A stretch of DNA of 59,194 nucleotides from NCBI RefSeq assembly GCF_002571385.2, contig NW_019218004.1:223593-282786 (forward strand), read 5' to 3'. This document shows, piece by piece, positions 1 to 12,830 of this stretch. The notes under the pieces are model-generated. The model saw only the letters and a list, made by a program, of their open reading frames with translations, made no database searches and had not been told where the DNA came from. The position numbers and the translations under genes are program-made. Every line of letters starts with the position of its first letter. The stretch's first letter is position 1. The stretch is from Stylophora pistillata (Eukaryota).

Positions 1-228
1 TTGATCACCTGGATGGACCCTATTGCCCTGAATTTTAGTGTATTTGAGATGAAACAGAAAACCACAAGAAAACAAGATTTAACTAAAGGAAAAAAAACTG
101 TGTAATGAGTATTTTCTTAACATCGTAACTCACTCAGTGTCTCTTTTAAGCCCTTAGACAACATAAGTGTCAATTTATGACCCAAAAATAATCTTCAGCT
201 TATACCACAGTAGAGTCGACTAACTTAC

Positions 229-318
229 CGGAGGGAAACCTCCTGTGTGATCGATCAACATCTAAGTTTACTTGTCTCCAATATTTGTGCTGACGAAACT
301 GTTCCAACTCAGAATTGT
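229..318 (-). CDS. TBC1D20: TBC1D20-like Rab-GAP, internal coding exon (gene continues beyond window start)
   Basis: Acceptor ttttttccccag, donor gtaag, 90 nt, phase 1/1. Translates DNSELEQFRQHKYWRQVNLDVDRSHRRFPSG, containing the TBC arginine-finger motif (LDVxRS..RFP) as recalled for TBC1D20. Confidence 0.85.
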
Positions 319-717
319 CTGGGGAAAAAATAAATTTACGCTACAATCTTTATCACATTCTCAGTGGTTTCAATAAGTTTTGAAGTAAATGGCACAAACT
401 GCAAAGTTTGCAGCTAAGGGAAGTTTGAAATCTACCCTTAATTGTTATCAATTTCAGAGAGAGTAGAAGGCTATTTAGCCTGACACAGATGGAAAATTTT
501 GCCAGCTCTCATTAAAACCCTTGTCTTCCTTTAGCTATACCTTGCTTTAAGATGAAAAATTCCAGAAGTACCTCCTGGGTAAAACACAGAGAAAAGCTAA
601 GTTCCTTGGTAGGATTTAAACCTCAGACAGATCTGATTTCACAATTGGATGCAATACCAGCTGATCTACAGTTGACACATACACATACAGACACATACTT
701 GGTTTGCATGTTTTTAC

Positions 718-921
718 CTTCTTTGTCTTTGTTGTCTTTATTCCTTGAAATCTCAAGTGTATTGACATTGAGCAGTTTAGACCATACTTTACACCTCAGG
801 TCGAATGCAATGTAGCCATCAGCTGTGATGCTCAGGTCTTTTAGTATTGGCACATCCACTGGGTCTGAATCTAAAGCATCTGTTATCCTTTGGATCTTAC
901 CTCGCAGGCGAGCCTCTGACA
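718..921 (-). CDS. TBC1D20: TBC1D20-like Rab-GAP, internal coding exon
   Basis: Acceptor ttttcacag, donor G|gtaaaa, 204 nt, phase 1/1. KIQRITDALDSDPVDVPILKDLSITADGYIAFDLRCKVWSKLLNVN resembles the TBC1D20 N-terminus (AL.SDP.DV..L...........R.KVW.KLLNVN). Joins in frame to exon 229-318. Confidence 0.85.
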
Positions 922-1507
922 CTGTGAAAAGATTTTATATCAGCTTGAGTGTACCTACAATTATATCTTATTTCCTCCAATAACAGCCTGGGTGCTTATT
1001 TAAAATTTTGGCTAAAGGGGTGGAGAGTGGAGGAAGGGTGCCTAATCAAGGGGGTTTCTTATTCTTCTTATCATTCTCTTGTACTGATTCTGCCATAGAT
1101 GATGCTTAAAAAGTTTTAATAAAGTGGCAATAGATACAGGTTTTCCTTATAGACCCTACCATTTAAGAAAGTAAGAGAGGAGAGGGAGTACTTGTTTGAC
1201 ATAATTATAGGAGTGGTGGGTACTTATTCGAGGCCTATTCAACAAAAAGCAGGAAGTTAAAATGAAATCAGTCATGTCAACCTGTGCATGTGGGATATTT
1301 TTAACTTCTGAATTTATGTTGTAAATTCAAATGGTTTTGATTCCTACTTTTCTTTGTTTTGAGAATACTTCTCAAAAGACGTGCTTTGAACAGAGAAAAA
1401 ACAAAACAGACTAGTCAAAATGATGTTCACCTGAATTTCAACTGAAAAGACAATGTACCGTAAACACACTATCACAAGAGGGAAGGAAAGATTCGGGAAG
1501 TACACAT

Positions 1508-1682
1508 CAGGGCTTGGCAACAATGGTAGCCAACTAGCCCTAGAATAGTAGAAATTCAGTTTTGACTTGTGGTTTTCAATTTCCACTGACCAGTTTGGCT
1601 AGTAAAAAAACTGAAATTGTTGTAACATCTCAGTCATCACTAGCCACTTGGCTAGTAAGTTGAAAGTTAATGTTGAGCCCCG
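1508..1682. mobile_element. Short degenerate MITE (hAT-like ends)
   Basis: cagggctt... and ...gagccccg termini with internal tggctag/ctagcca repeats. Target site duplication (TSD) only partial (acacat/acaaat). Confidence 0.35.
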
Positions 1683-2024
1683 ACAAATGTCTTTATGTGT
1701 GACAAAGGTAACAAATAGCGCTGTCTATTGCGAGGATCATGCATCATACGTATCTAATACCGCAGTTCAAAATATATGAACTTCATATATACATTGTATC
1801 CAAAGGTAACAATATGTGATTCACTTATCTAAGTTAGACAAATTGCATGTGTCACCCTCTATCACTACACTATTAATTATCATAATCAATAATATATTTG
1901 TGCACATGCATCAGTTGACTGTCTGTCCATAAAACTCACAGTTTTCCTGAAAACTGTTAGCATCCTGAAACAGATTGTTTGTGAACAAGTATCCATGCAT
2001 GTTCTTGTGCAAAATTTAGGCTAT

Positions 2025-3510
2025 TACAATACAATACAAACTTTATTGACACTCTCTAAAGAGGGTTTTTCGGTGACAATGATCTAAAAATTACAAAATT
2101 ACAGTACTAAAAAGTATAATAGAAAAATTAAGGAGGCTAAAATGTTGATAAATGTTCACCAAAGTTACAACTAAGAGCGATGAGAAAGGAAAGCAGCAAG
2201 TAATTTGGCTCTAAGTTTATGCTTAAAATCACGAGAAGAATTACAGAGTTTGAGGGTATTATCTAAACTGTTCCATAGACTTACTGTACGATAAAAGAAA
2301 GTCCTTTCTCCAGATTTAGTTCTATATAGGGGTATATGCAGAAGTTGGGAGCTTCTGGTTGTGTGACCACTTATCTCACCACGTGTTAGAAACTTCGAGA
2401 GATAAGTAGGAGTGGAGCCGGTCATACATTTAAAAGCAAGTACGGCATCACTGAGATATAGCTGAGGATTTAATAGTCAATAAGATAGCCAGTGCAGTTC
2501 TCTCAGAAGCAGAGTCACGTGGTCAAATTTTCTGAGACCACAGATGATCCGGGCTGCAAAATTCTGGACTGCTTTTAGTTTGAGAAGGTTAGTGTCCGCT
2601 GCATTGGACCAAACGGAGGAACAATAAAATAACTTACTAAACACTAAAGTGTTAATTATCATCAATAAGGACGATCTGTCAAACACGTGCTTAACACGAT
2701 TAATTTGAGCTAAACTTGAGAAGCAAGAGGAAACTGTTTTAACATTGATATGCTCGGGAAAAGTAAGGCTCGAGTCAAAAGTCACGCCTAGGTCTTTAAC
2801 GATGGGCACCGGTATTAGTTCCTTTCCTAAGAGGGAGAGACAAATAACCGGGATATTATTTAAATTTTGTCAACTTCCGTATAAAATAAGCTTAGTTTTA
2901 TCTCGATTCAAGAGAAGACGATTTGCCAAGCACAAGTTTCAAATCTGTAGAAGATCAGCATTAAGATCAGCAACAGCCTTAGCCCAGTCTTGGACTGGGA
3001 AAGAAATGTTGAGTTTTGTGTCATTGATGTAACTTTCAGTAAGACAGGACTGGGGGGCGAGGGGTAAATCGTTTACATAAATATTAAACAAAATAGGTCC
3101 GAGAATGCTTCCTTGTGGCACGCCTGATACAATGGGTAGAAGATCAGACAACGCAGAATTTATACGCACTACTTGTCGTCTGTCAGAGAGATAGCTGGTG
3201 AACCAGGCAACACTGGATGGCGAAATTCCAATATCCAGCAGTTTGTTGAGCAAAATTCCATGATTTATCGAGTCAAAAGCCTTGCTCATGTCAAGTAAGA
3301 CAACAGCAGTAATTTTCTTCTCATCAATCGCACTTAAGATAGCATCAGTTGTTTGTATTAAGGAGGTTTCCGTAGAGTGCAGTTTCTTATTTCCACTTTG
3401 CCGAGTAGATAGCCTTTTGTTTGACACTAGGAACGGCATAATTTGATTGAGTGCAGCCCTTTTGCATACTTTCGAAAGAATGGGAAGCAGAGAGATAGGC
3501 CTATTATTGT
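2025..3510 (-). mobile_element. 5'-truncated CR1/L2-clade LINE (RT remnant) in the TBC1D20 intron
   Basis: Frameshifted RT ORFs with RPISLLPILSKV, LLDMSKAFDSI, GVPQGSILGP and degenerate YINDT, plus C-terminal FFYRTVSLWNSL. 3' end has AATAAA and a (TTGTA)n tail at about 2025-2048. Confidence 0.92.
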
Positions 3511-3746
3511 TTATATATTCTCCAAATCAATGTAGAATGATAGGCTAAGATGATGGTAATGTAAAAGATGGTTCTACCTAGGTGACTGCCGGTTGTCAAA
3601 CAGCCAACTTGTCCGTCAGTTGACTGTCTACCCTCTGTCATGTGTCTATCTATTACCTGTCAGCATAGAAATGGCCATTTGCTGGCAGATTGCTGAATAT
3701 CTTTTTAAGCCAACTAGTGGCCATACCAATTAAGAGAGGATAACAG

Positions 3747-4919
3747 GGGTGGGTACATTTCGCTGACCCCCAGTCCATAGACTACCCTCAATGGACTACC
3801 CATATGGACTACCTAAATGGACTACCCATATGGACTACCCTAAATTACCTACCTTCGCACGAGCGAATCGAGTGAAAAGAGGGCTTCATTCTCTTTTGTA
3901 CCAGATGCCTTCAACCGGCGACAACCTGTTAAAAATAAACCGATCTGTCACTTGATAACGAATAACTCCACCTCAATTTGTCGCCCACTATATTCCCACG
4001 CTGTTATTAAAGAGAAAACAAAAATGCTTCAAGAATCTACCTGGACTGCTTCATCGCTCTTGACTGACGCATGGTTGGTGTTGTTGTGTAGCTTTAGTTT
4101 AGGCTTCAATGTACTGCTCTGATCATCTAAAGACTGCAATATCTGTGAAAATAACTACACTGCAGAGCTGGGCCCAGAGATATTTCCTAGAATGTAACTA
4201 TTTCCTGCTGACATAGCAGGAAATAGTTACACTTATGGACAAAGAAACTTGCATTTATTCACAGGCATGCATTTATTCAGACAGTCGTTTCGGCGAAGCC
4301 CTTAGACTTGTGAGAACTAACTCCTCAGCTAAAATCTTTCAAAAGAGCTCTTTGCAAATTGCTATTTGAAATAAAATTATTAGAAAAGGAGGATGAGTAT
4401 ATTGAAATCCTCATGATTGTTAATAAAGTGGTTCATAAATATGTTACGTCTGTTTTTTTTTCTCCTCCTTGTCTTTCTAGGAACTATCTACAGTGTAGTT
4501 ATTTTCACGGATATTGCGATCTTCAGATGATTAGAGCAGTACATTGAAGCTTAAACTAAAGCTACACAACAACATCAACACTGCATCTGTCAAGAGCGAT
4601 CAAGCAGTCCAGGTAGATTCTTGAAGCATTTTTGTTTTCTCTTTAATAACAGCGTGGGAATATAGTGGGCGACAAATTGAGGTGCAGTTATTTGTTATCA
4701 AGTAACAGATCGGTTTATTGTTAACAGGTTGTCGCCGGTTGAACGCGTCTGGTACAAAAGAGAATGAAGCCCTCTTTTCACTCGATTCGCTCGTGCGAAG
4801 GTAGGTAATTTAGGGTAGTCCATATGGGTAGTCCATATGGGTAGTCCATTTAGGTAGTCCATGTGGGTAGTCCATCGAGAGTAGTCTATGGACTGGGGGT
4901 CGACGAAATGTACCCACCC
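3747..4919. mobile_element. Non-autonomous foldback / Mutator-like DNA element
   Basis: About 370-bp terminal inverted repeats (TIRs) starting GGGTGGGTACATTTCG, with internal tandem (ATGGACTACCC) units. Flanked by GGATAACAG (3738-3746) and GGATAACAC (4920-4928), a 9-bp TSD with 1 mismatch. Confidence 0.9.
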
Positions 4920-5216
4920 GGATAACACTGGTCAATGTAAAGAGCAGTTCACAAAAGAAGATTGTCGGTTGTCTTCTGGTAAAAATTTCATTTGCCTGGA
5001 GAATTTGAACCAATAGCTGGCTGATATATACTAGCTGTTGGTCAAGAGTCGGTGAAGTTTCAGCAATATGCTTGTTAGTTTTCATTATCGTTCTATATAC
5101 CGTGACACCGTCAGCCAACATAGTCTGTCTCGATTAAGCTAGCAGTCTGGCTTTTCAGTCTTTACCCAGCAGATACATGTAAACGACGGAAACATAAATT
5201 AGACGACCATACTTAC

Positions 5217-5325
5217 AATAGTACATCATCTGCCCTACGATGCCTGAGTTCTGACTTTTCATTTTTCCAACGTAAACTTTCCTCTTGTATGTGTAATGTT
5301 GAGGTTCTCTTTGGGCTAGAGCCAT
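5217..5325 (-). CDS. TBC1D20: Probable first coding exon of the TBC1D20-like gene
   Basis: aacaacaacATGG start context and strong gtaagt donor at 5216. The 109-nt exon ends in phase 1, compatible with the exon at 921. No homology support for this peptide. Confidence 0.5.
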
Positions 5326-8080
5326 GTTGTTGTTATCCAACCCGCACACTTAACTCTGGCAACAATTTAAAATCATTACTAAAATCACAGCCGCATTGTC
5401 TATCATGGAATTTTTAATCGTCCGCTATAAACTTCTAACACATTTTGAGGGTGAAATTGACTAGATTTGTCGCCGACTCTTCGGCGTTTGACGATGATAT
5501 CCCCTCCATTTTGTTCCTTGTTGTTAAAACCGCTGACTCCACTGTTACGGTCTGCGGCTTCACAAGACAGCTGATAACCAAAACAGCTGGACCCTTCAAG
5601 CCCAAAGTTGACAGGGTGAAGGTTAGGAAAATTTGAATAATTTTTGTGACGTGCCAAACTACCGCTCACTTGAAAAAATTCTTCCTTGGGCAGTTAGAAG
5701 AAACTTAAAAGAACCAGACATAGTAAAGTACACAAAGGATACACGCTGACATGGACAGAGATACAAGATAGAGGATAAATCTTTGCTCAAGGGGATATCT
5801 TGTGGAATTCCTTTAAGGGGAATTCTGCCTAGTTTTCAAAATAAATGGTTTTATATTGTGGACAAGCTTTGCAACAAATCTAAACTAAAAAATCCTTCAA
5901 AGATTTCAGTTCAAAGCATCATATATGTGTTAACTAAGATCAACCTTGTCCCAAAGCATCTCCCTTGATATTTATCACTCATTTGGTGTTGAAGAGACAG
6001 CTGAGTTTCCACACTTTTGTGGCTCCCTTGAGAGTCGCATTGTTCAAAAGATTGAACCCATTTTCAGACTAATTCGGTTTAATAATTATAACCCTACATT
6101 GCAGAAAATACGTGTTCCATTTTTATGGAGAACCACTTGGGGAAAATTACTCACCATACAGTTGATCAATCATGAAATGTTTATGTCGTTCAGTTATTAT
6201 AAGGATTTGCATGTATTGATGTATTCTCTTCAAATGCAAGATTTCTTTTCTAGAATTTTCCCAAATCAATGTAATTTTCCAAGGTCACAAAGTCATATCA
6301 CAATAAGCTTGATGTTTGTTGAAAGACTTAACCCTGAAAATATATTTCTGATGTTCAATTCAGCAAAGATAGTTTTCTATAATTCAGCCTCTTGACAAAG
6401 ATCTTACCCAGCTATGAAGCTTGACCAGAGATCTTCCCCTTTTAAAATCTAAAATTCTATTTTCTTTTCTGAACTACAGCCACCTTATCTCTAATTTCAG
6501 TGTGCAAACGTGTATTTTCTTTAGAATATCTCAATTTCCCACAAGACATTGTAAGATCTAAACAGGACTCAGAGCAAATGGCATAAGCTGTTGCTCTTAC
6601 TGGTAAAAAAAAGTAAAATTAAAGTATGTAAGCTTTCCAGTGAATGAAAGAGTTCCAGTAATGGTAAAAATGTTAACAGTACGATATAAAACTTACTCTA
6701 TCTTGTGTTCATGGTAGCAACATAATTTGTCAAATGGGGAATGTATACACTAGATTATTGCATTTTTTGCAAAGATGTTTCACAACAGCATTGTCAAGAT
6801 TACCTGGTTTGTGTGGAACTTCAAGGTAAATTTTACAACAATCTGGGACTGAATTGAATCTTCTTCCCTTCTTAACTCTCTCCAATGGATATAACCAATA
6901 TGCAGAACCATCTCAACTAACTAGGAGCAAAACCTATGCAAATTACACCTTAGTTACACATTTTCACCTTGTGTTCCTTTTCAAGTCTTATTATATCGAA
7001 GTTTTCTTCATTCTGATAAGCATTGGTGTGTTGTGTTTGTGTTTGAGAAACTCAATTCAAATGTACTTCAGTAATGAGACAAAGATGTAATATACAGGAA
7101 AAAGTGGACATTAATTGATTAAATTGTAACTTATTGGTATTGACCAAATTTGGAGTCTAGATCTGTGTGAAAATTCTCCAATATGTGAAGCATATTCCTG
7201 GTATGAATCCAAACGGTTGAAATAGTTAAACCAACTTAAAATGTTAAACATCCCATCATACATGCAAACCATTTTCAAATTTTATCCTAGATAATCGGCA
7301 TTTAAAATCTAGAGTGACTCAACTAAATTTTAAAAACATTTTATTGATTAAATTTCCAACAATTGCACTTTAAAATGTGGATGCTTTTCACTTTCAATCA
7401 GTTTTTATGGCTTCTTCCTCTTCTGGAGACAAAGCCATCGTCATGTTCTTTCATGTTCCAAAGCTGATGGAAAATACCTGAAATTCCGTTTTAAATCTGG
7501 ATTGGCAAGTTTCATTCGACAGCATTGTGCCATGCATTAGTTGTAATCATAACAGTTTTTATTATTTTTTACTTCGCCTTCTGGTTAACACTCTATCTGA
7601 TCATTTAAATATTTTAGCGATACAAAATATTTTGGATACACAAGCGGCCGAGTAAGGCTTAAAGCCATAATGGCTACATTTTCTTTTCACTGATCTCATC
7701 ACAAGCTTTCGGTTTCCTCTCTTTCATCAGCCAACCCATTAATTGTGAATTTCAGTAAAAAGCATTTCGCTATACGTAGTTAGTACCGTTATCAGATTCG
7801 ATATTAGGAAAACGAAACACAGTTTAGGAGATGACTATTACTCTTCAACAAACATCAAGACGGCCGCGCTACCTACGATCAAAGTAAGAGAAATTGGGCC
7901 GTGGACCGTGAAACGGAAATTAAGTCTTTTAAGCTTCTCTATCACTATTATGTATTTTTTTTGATGCGATCTACATCAACAGAAGACAAAAAAATCAATT
8001 ACAAAAAATTACAGTTAAGTAATTGTTCCAAAACCTTTCCTTCCCTACTTCTTTTTTTCCTTTCTCTATCTATCTTCGGT

Positions 8081-8545
8081 TTACATTCGGCGGTAAACTC
8101 CGAGCTGCCTTCGGCAATGCGGGCAGGAATGAACGGCATCTTGCATGCCGTCGATACAGAACGGAATCAAACAACAACCAATCCAACAGCCGACAAGGAT
8201 CAGCCCTCCACACGCCAGCCAAGCCAGTGTACCGGGCGTATACTGTACGGAAGTGACAATGGTTGCAGTGCAGTAGGGGCAAACCATCGACACGGGCGCT
8301 TCGCCATACATCGCGTTCCCCACAACCACAGTTTGCGGCTGCTGTATGATTGTGGTAGTGTGAGTGGCCTGACCGGACGGAGCTGGAGGCGGCCCGTAGC
8401 CTTGCGGTGGTGGCCCATACCCTACCCCAGGTGGTGGATAGGCTTGAGGTGGAGGGTAGCCCGGCTGCTGTGGATACGCTGGTGGCCCTGGAGGCGGATA
8501 ACCGGCTTGAGGTGGTTGATAAGGAGGAGGTTTAGGGTCCGCCAT
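8081..8545 (-). CDS. LITAF: LITAF/CDIP1-family zinc-binding membrane protein, intronless CDS (154 aa)
   Basis: Pro-rich N-terminus with PPPY and PPAY motifs. C-terminal LITAF domain: CPYC, hydrophobic stretch GCWIGCCLIPFC, HSCPHC...LGVY. Confidence 0.95.
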   Translation of the reverse strand: MADPKPPPYQPPQAGYPPPGPPAYPQQPGYPPPQAYPPPGVGYGPPPQGYGPPPAPSGQATHTTTIIQQPQTVVVGNAMYGEAPVSMVCPYCTATIVTSVQYTPGTLAWLACGGLILVGCWIGCCLIPFCIDGMQDAVHSCPHCRRQLGVYRRM

Positions 8546-8767
8546 TATGGATGTCCTCGATCAAGCACGGAAGCAGTTATTACTACTCTTTTCAGCAACT
8601 TTACAGTGCCTTTCGAAGCCTCGAACGCTCAAACCAACTCAAGAGTTATATTCAGTCCTTCAATCTGAAATCTATAGACGGAGGAAGACCTTACTTTCGT
8701 CTTGGAGGTTCGACGCAAAATGCCTTGAATGTTATTCTACTAGTTCTGCTGTGAGAGTCTCAATTTC

Positions 8768-8801
8768 GTCACGTGATGTTGTTTTACCTTATATGACGTC
8801 A
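8768..8801. promoter_or_regulatory. Putative LITAF proximal promoter: E-box/CLEAR-like site, TATA-like element and full CRE
   Basis: GTCACGTGAT at 8768-8777, TATAAG on the minus strand at 8788-8793, and palindromic TGACGTCA at 8794-8801, about 220-255 bp upstream of the ATG. Confidence 0.5.
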
Positions 8802-9472
8802 ATCTCTTGTTTGTTTCCAACACAACCAGCTAAATTTGCAAATGACTAGCGTGGCTTGGAAGGACGTTGAAGGTAACTAATCGCATAGGAAGATATTAAG
8901 GAAAAAAAAAAAAAAACGTTTAAGTTTGAAATCTAACTTTTAAGAGTATGCACAGGAATGAACAAATTACGTTCTTAAATTCTAGTTGAAAAGATTTGAA
9001 ACGTGTTGATGATTTCTAATTCAACTGCAATTTGATTAGTCTATTAGCAGCTGTGCATTTCCCATTCGAGGACAGTGAAAATCTGACACGAATGTTTATT
9101 GTTCTTAAATTCTTAATTCTTAATTCAGAGGGGAGGGTAGATGCTGTTACTTGTCTTCCAAATCTACGCTAATCCGCGGCCTTTGATATTTCTTAACTTG
9201 CGATGTTAAGGAGGAGTCAAGCCTGAGTACACAACCTTTTTCACCAAAATTCACTCTTTTTCAACGATATTGATAAAATTAGGCGCCTCACAAGAAATTC
9301 GTCTCTCTTCTTTTCATTTACGAAGCTTACTAATTGTTTTTTTTTTCGAAATGTATGTTTGGGAACAAACTTAGAGACCAGATATCTTTCTCCTGGGAGG
9401 TAGTGGATTTTTTTTGTGGGGAGGGACGACATGGTTTTCAGGGGGAACGGAGGGGTGTAGTGACTGCCAATA

Positions 9473-11237
9473 CAGAGATCTAGCAAGAGGACGAGAACGT
9501 CATTTCAGAACGGGAGAGCGCGCGGAATAGTCTGGACACGACACCATTCGACTTCCGGTGTTAGCGTTGCCTTTCTCCCAAACAAGTTCAAGACGTCACT
9601 TCGCTGGTTTTCCCGTCGCGATCAGAACGTCTGAGATTTCCGTCAATTGTGCACTTGTAAGTCGATCCAAACGAGATAGTACTGTTTGGAAGTATTTCAA
9701 AACTCATATTCAGGATAATTGGGTCCCTTTCTATGTGTTAATTGGTGTATTTTTGAAAACTTGCCGCTTCAATATGCTGGATTCCCGAAAGGAAATTGGA
9801 ACACAATCGTTGGCACGCTATCCAAGCTTTCAGGACTCAGTTTGCTTTTGAATGAGCAAGGCATTAGACAATAAAAGGGCTTTTCTTTAATACATTTCTT
9901 TAAGCCTATGTGAAAACTTTAAGAATGGGATGCCGTTGAATTTTATCGTAAATCGATTCATCAATAACCATGCTGCATGTTGAAGTTTGGAGCAGTCAAT
10001 CAAATGAACTATCACGAAGCTTACATACCGTAAAATTTTTTTATTTATTTGTTGTCGTAGTCGTTTTTACCGATCATGAATGAATGCTTTGTGGATTGAA
10101 GTCAGAGATAACCAATTTGAGAATTTTCTCGGGTTTGCACTTTTTAGGTCTTAAAGTTTTTTAATCAGCGCCGATGAAAACAAGAAAGTCGTGCTCACGC
10201 AACAAAAGAAAATGACAATCAATTTTGTTTCGACTTTCTAAATCAAATAATTTAATTCAGTCTTGAACAACTTCGTCGAAAAGAAACAAAACAAAACAAA
10301 CAAAAAACCGAAACCAAGTCTTATGCTAAGCCTAACGGTTTCATGGGTGACTTGCATTAATTCTTTCAGCGTTAAACAAGAACTCATCATAAACAACTTT
10401 GTCGTTGGCTCGCTTGGTTTCTACATGGTTTCGCCATAACCCCGTTCAAAATGCTTTGCACCTCTAAGTATTCAATGTTCAAAAGAGATGTACCGTCATG
10501 AATGAATAGAAATATTCAGTGAACAAGGGTAAAAACGATGATGATTTCCAAATTATACTTTGTAAAATTGCNAAGAAAGACGAGCAGTGCTAAAATCTAA
10601 TGGCACGAAACGAAAAGACAGCGACACAAATCGCAAAAAAAATATCTAATGGGCTCTAAAATTCGATACAGGAATCAACAGACACGAGTCTTACCTGGAA
10701 TGGATCAATTATAGAGTTTAATCGCCCATGTGGTTCGTATATTATAAACATGTTCGGGCCCGGACCCGCAGTGGGAGGATCTCACGCCCCCCAGTGAGAC
10801 TGGACTTATGACGGGACCACCCTACTGAGGACATTTTTTGTTGCGTTACTATTATGGTATATAAAATTACATGTGCTTTTCGCTTGAAGTTATTTTAGTA
10901 TAGTCTGAACAAAACATTTTAGTAGTCTGAACAGAACAAAACATCTAACTTTCCGTAACTATAATTATCCTCTCTTTGCGCTTGTTGCATCACTCTCAAA
11001 GAGGATAGTTTCGTTGTCTTTAAAGCTGTTTGTGAAAGCGAAAATTTGTGTTGGCGATCTTTGAAAAGCCGAGTTTTGGCTATTGAAGAACAGATATTGC
11101 GATGACGCCTCGAGGCAACGACTGCTAAATCACTTCTGAAACACAACGGGGCGACGTTCTCGACCCAGTTTCTTACCGGTATTTTTGCTGCGCGCGCCGT
11201 TGTCAACTGACGTTCCCGTCCTCTTGCTAAATCTCTC
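9473..11237. mobile_element. Non-autonomous TIR DNA transposon
   Basis: 30-bp inverted termini (cagagatctagcaagaggacgagaacgtca / tgacgttcccgtcctcttgctaaatctctc, 3 mismatches) with TA on both sides. No coding capacity recognised. Confidence 0.6.
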
Positions 11238-12830
11238 TAATATTAATAACTGTAAACGAGGGCCGGGAAGGAGGAGGAGGAGTTCAGAAGTGAAACGGAA
11301 ATCAGCAAATACGTTTAGTCCAAAGCGTTAAACGGTAAACTCACGGTAAACGAAGACGACCGCCTAACAAATTGCCACTCGTTAAACTAAGAAGAAACTT
11401 GCACACGTTTAAAATAAAAAGGTCCGCGTGATTTGCTTACGATATTTGCTACGTAATCCCAAAGCACGCGTCCGCGAGTCGGGCGCGCATAAGTTCTTCT
11501 TAAGGTGGCTGAACACAGTTTTCGAGCGCGCTTTTGCTGATGCAATTCAGCGCGCGCACAAGGATTGCAAAAAACAAACATGCCGTCAATAGAGCGGTCG
11601 TTTTATTTACTCAAAACGTATCCGCACTATCTGTGCTATTTATCTCTATAGCTGGCGCAGTGTATTGAGGGCTTTAATCTTTTATTACAAAGACATGTTA
11701 GAAAAGTTAACGGTGCAAAGAACCCAGCAATTCTCAGCTTTTTCGTCGTTACCGAGAGAACCCAGTTAAATGCAGCGCATGCGTAGTAAGTCGAAAAATT
11801 GCGATTGAATGGAAAATTGCTTTCTCGGAGATACGCCTATTTCTTGAGAACCATTCATTAGAATTTCACGAAATTTGGCACGAAAATACTTTAGGAAATA
11901 AGTAACTGGAGTATCGAAAAAAAAATGATTTTTAGCAAAGGAAATTCTAGATAATCGAGTGAACCTTCAACAAGGGATAATTAAAGATCTCTCTGTTAAA
12001 TTGTTAGCAAAATGGTGTTAACTTGTGAGTATCGTTACAAGCTCGTTGTATGCAAATTATAAAGAAAAACTAATGACTAGATTTTCTACAAATGAACAAA
12101 AGCGATTTTAATTGCCTGTTTATAGTTATTCATGTCGCCATGACAAAGGCACATACGTCAGCTTAACTATCAAAAAAACAAAGTTTGTGTTGTTAACTTG
12201 CTTGCTGCCAGTTTTGGTGACCGAGAGATCAAGGGTTAAAGAGAAAATGGTGAATGAAACACTGGTATCAAAAACTGTGTTCAGCCACCTTAACAGGGGG
12301 ATTGTGACACAATAATCAATATCCCCTGACTCCTAGGCTATAGATAATGACCGGTTACTAAGAAATAGAGACACCAAAGTCGAATTGAACGTCTAGAAAT
12401 ATAAAACGTTGTTTTTGTGATAATCGTTCCATTCATAATCTAACATTGTTCAATATAGGCTCAATTCGAACGTTTACTAGATTTCGGCACTGAACGTTTC
12501 CTCTGTTGCTGCTCCACTATATTAGTATTATAATATTTTTAAACACTCACTGTTACATCGTGCTTGCTTTCGTTCAGTAGAAAATTCTGAGTTAATTTTT
12601 CCAGGGGCAAGACAACCCTATCGTCATAAGTTCACGACCTTTACTCCTTAACTGAAGTGTTCTAAATCTATAGCGACAGAGAGGGCTTGTTAATTGCAAA
12701 TTTGTCTATCGTCCTCAGCATGAATTACTGAACAATTGAAGAGCCCTTTATCATAAATCTACGCTAAACGGTACTCAATTAAAACCTATAAAGTTTCAAG
12801 GCATTACACAAAGTAGGTATCAAAGGACTG

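Noticed and set aside
5946-6395. 149-aa plus-strand ORF as a gene
   Set aside because: Non-ATG start, with no motifs or splice support on that strand.
7901-8668. 255-aa plus-strand ORF
   Set aside because: Antisense shadow of the GC-rich LITAF CDS with no recognisable motifs.
10690-10700. U1 snRNA-like 5' end (cttacctgg)
   Set aside because: No downstream U1 stem-loops or Sm site recognisable.
12215-12239. piggyBac-like end (GGG|TTAA)
   Set aside because: No matching opposite terminus found in the window.
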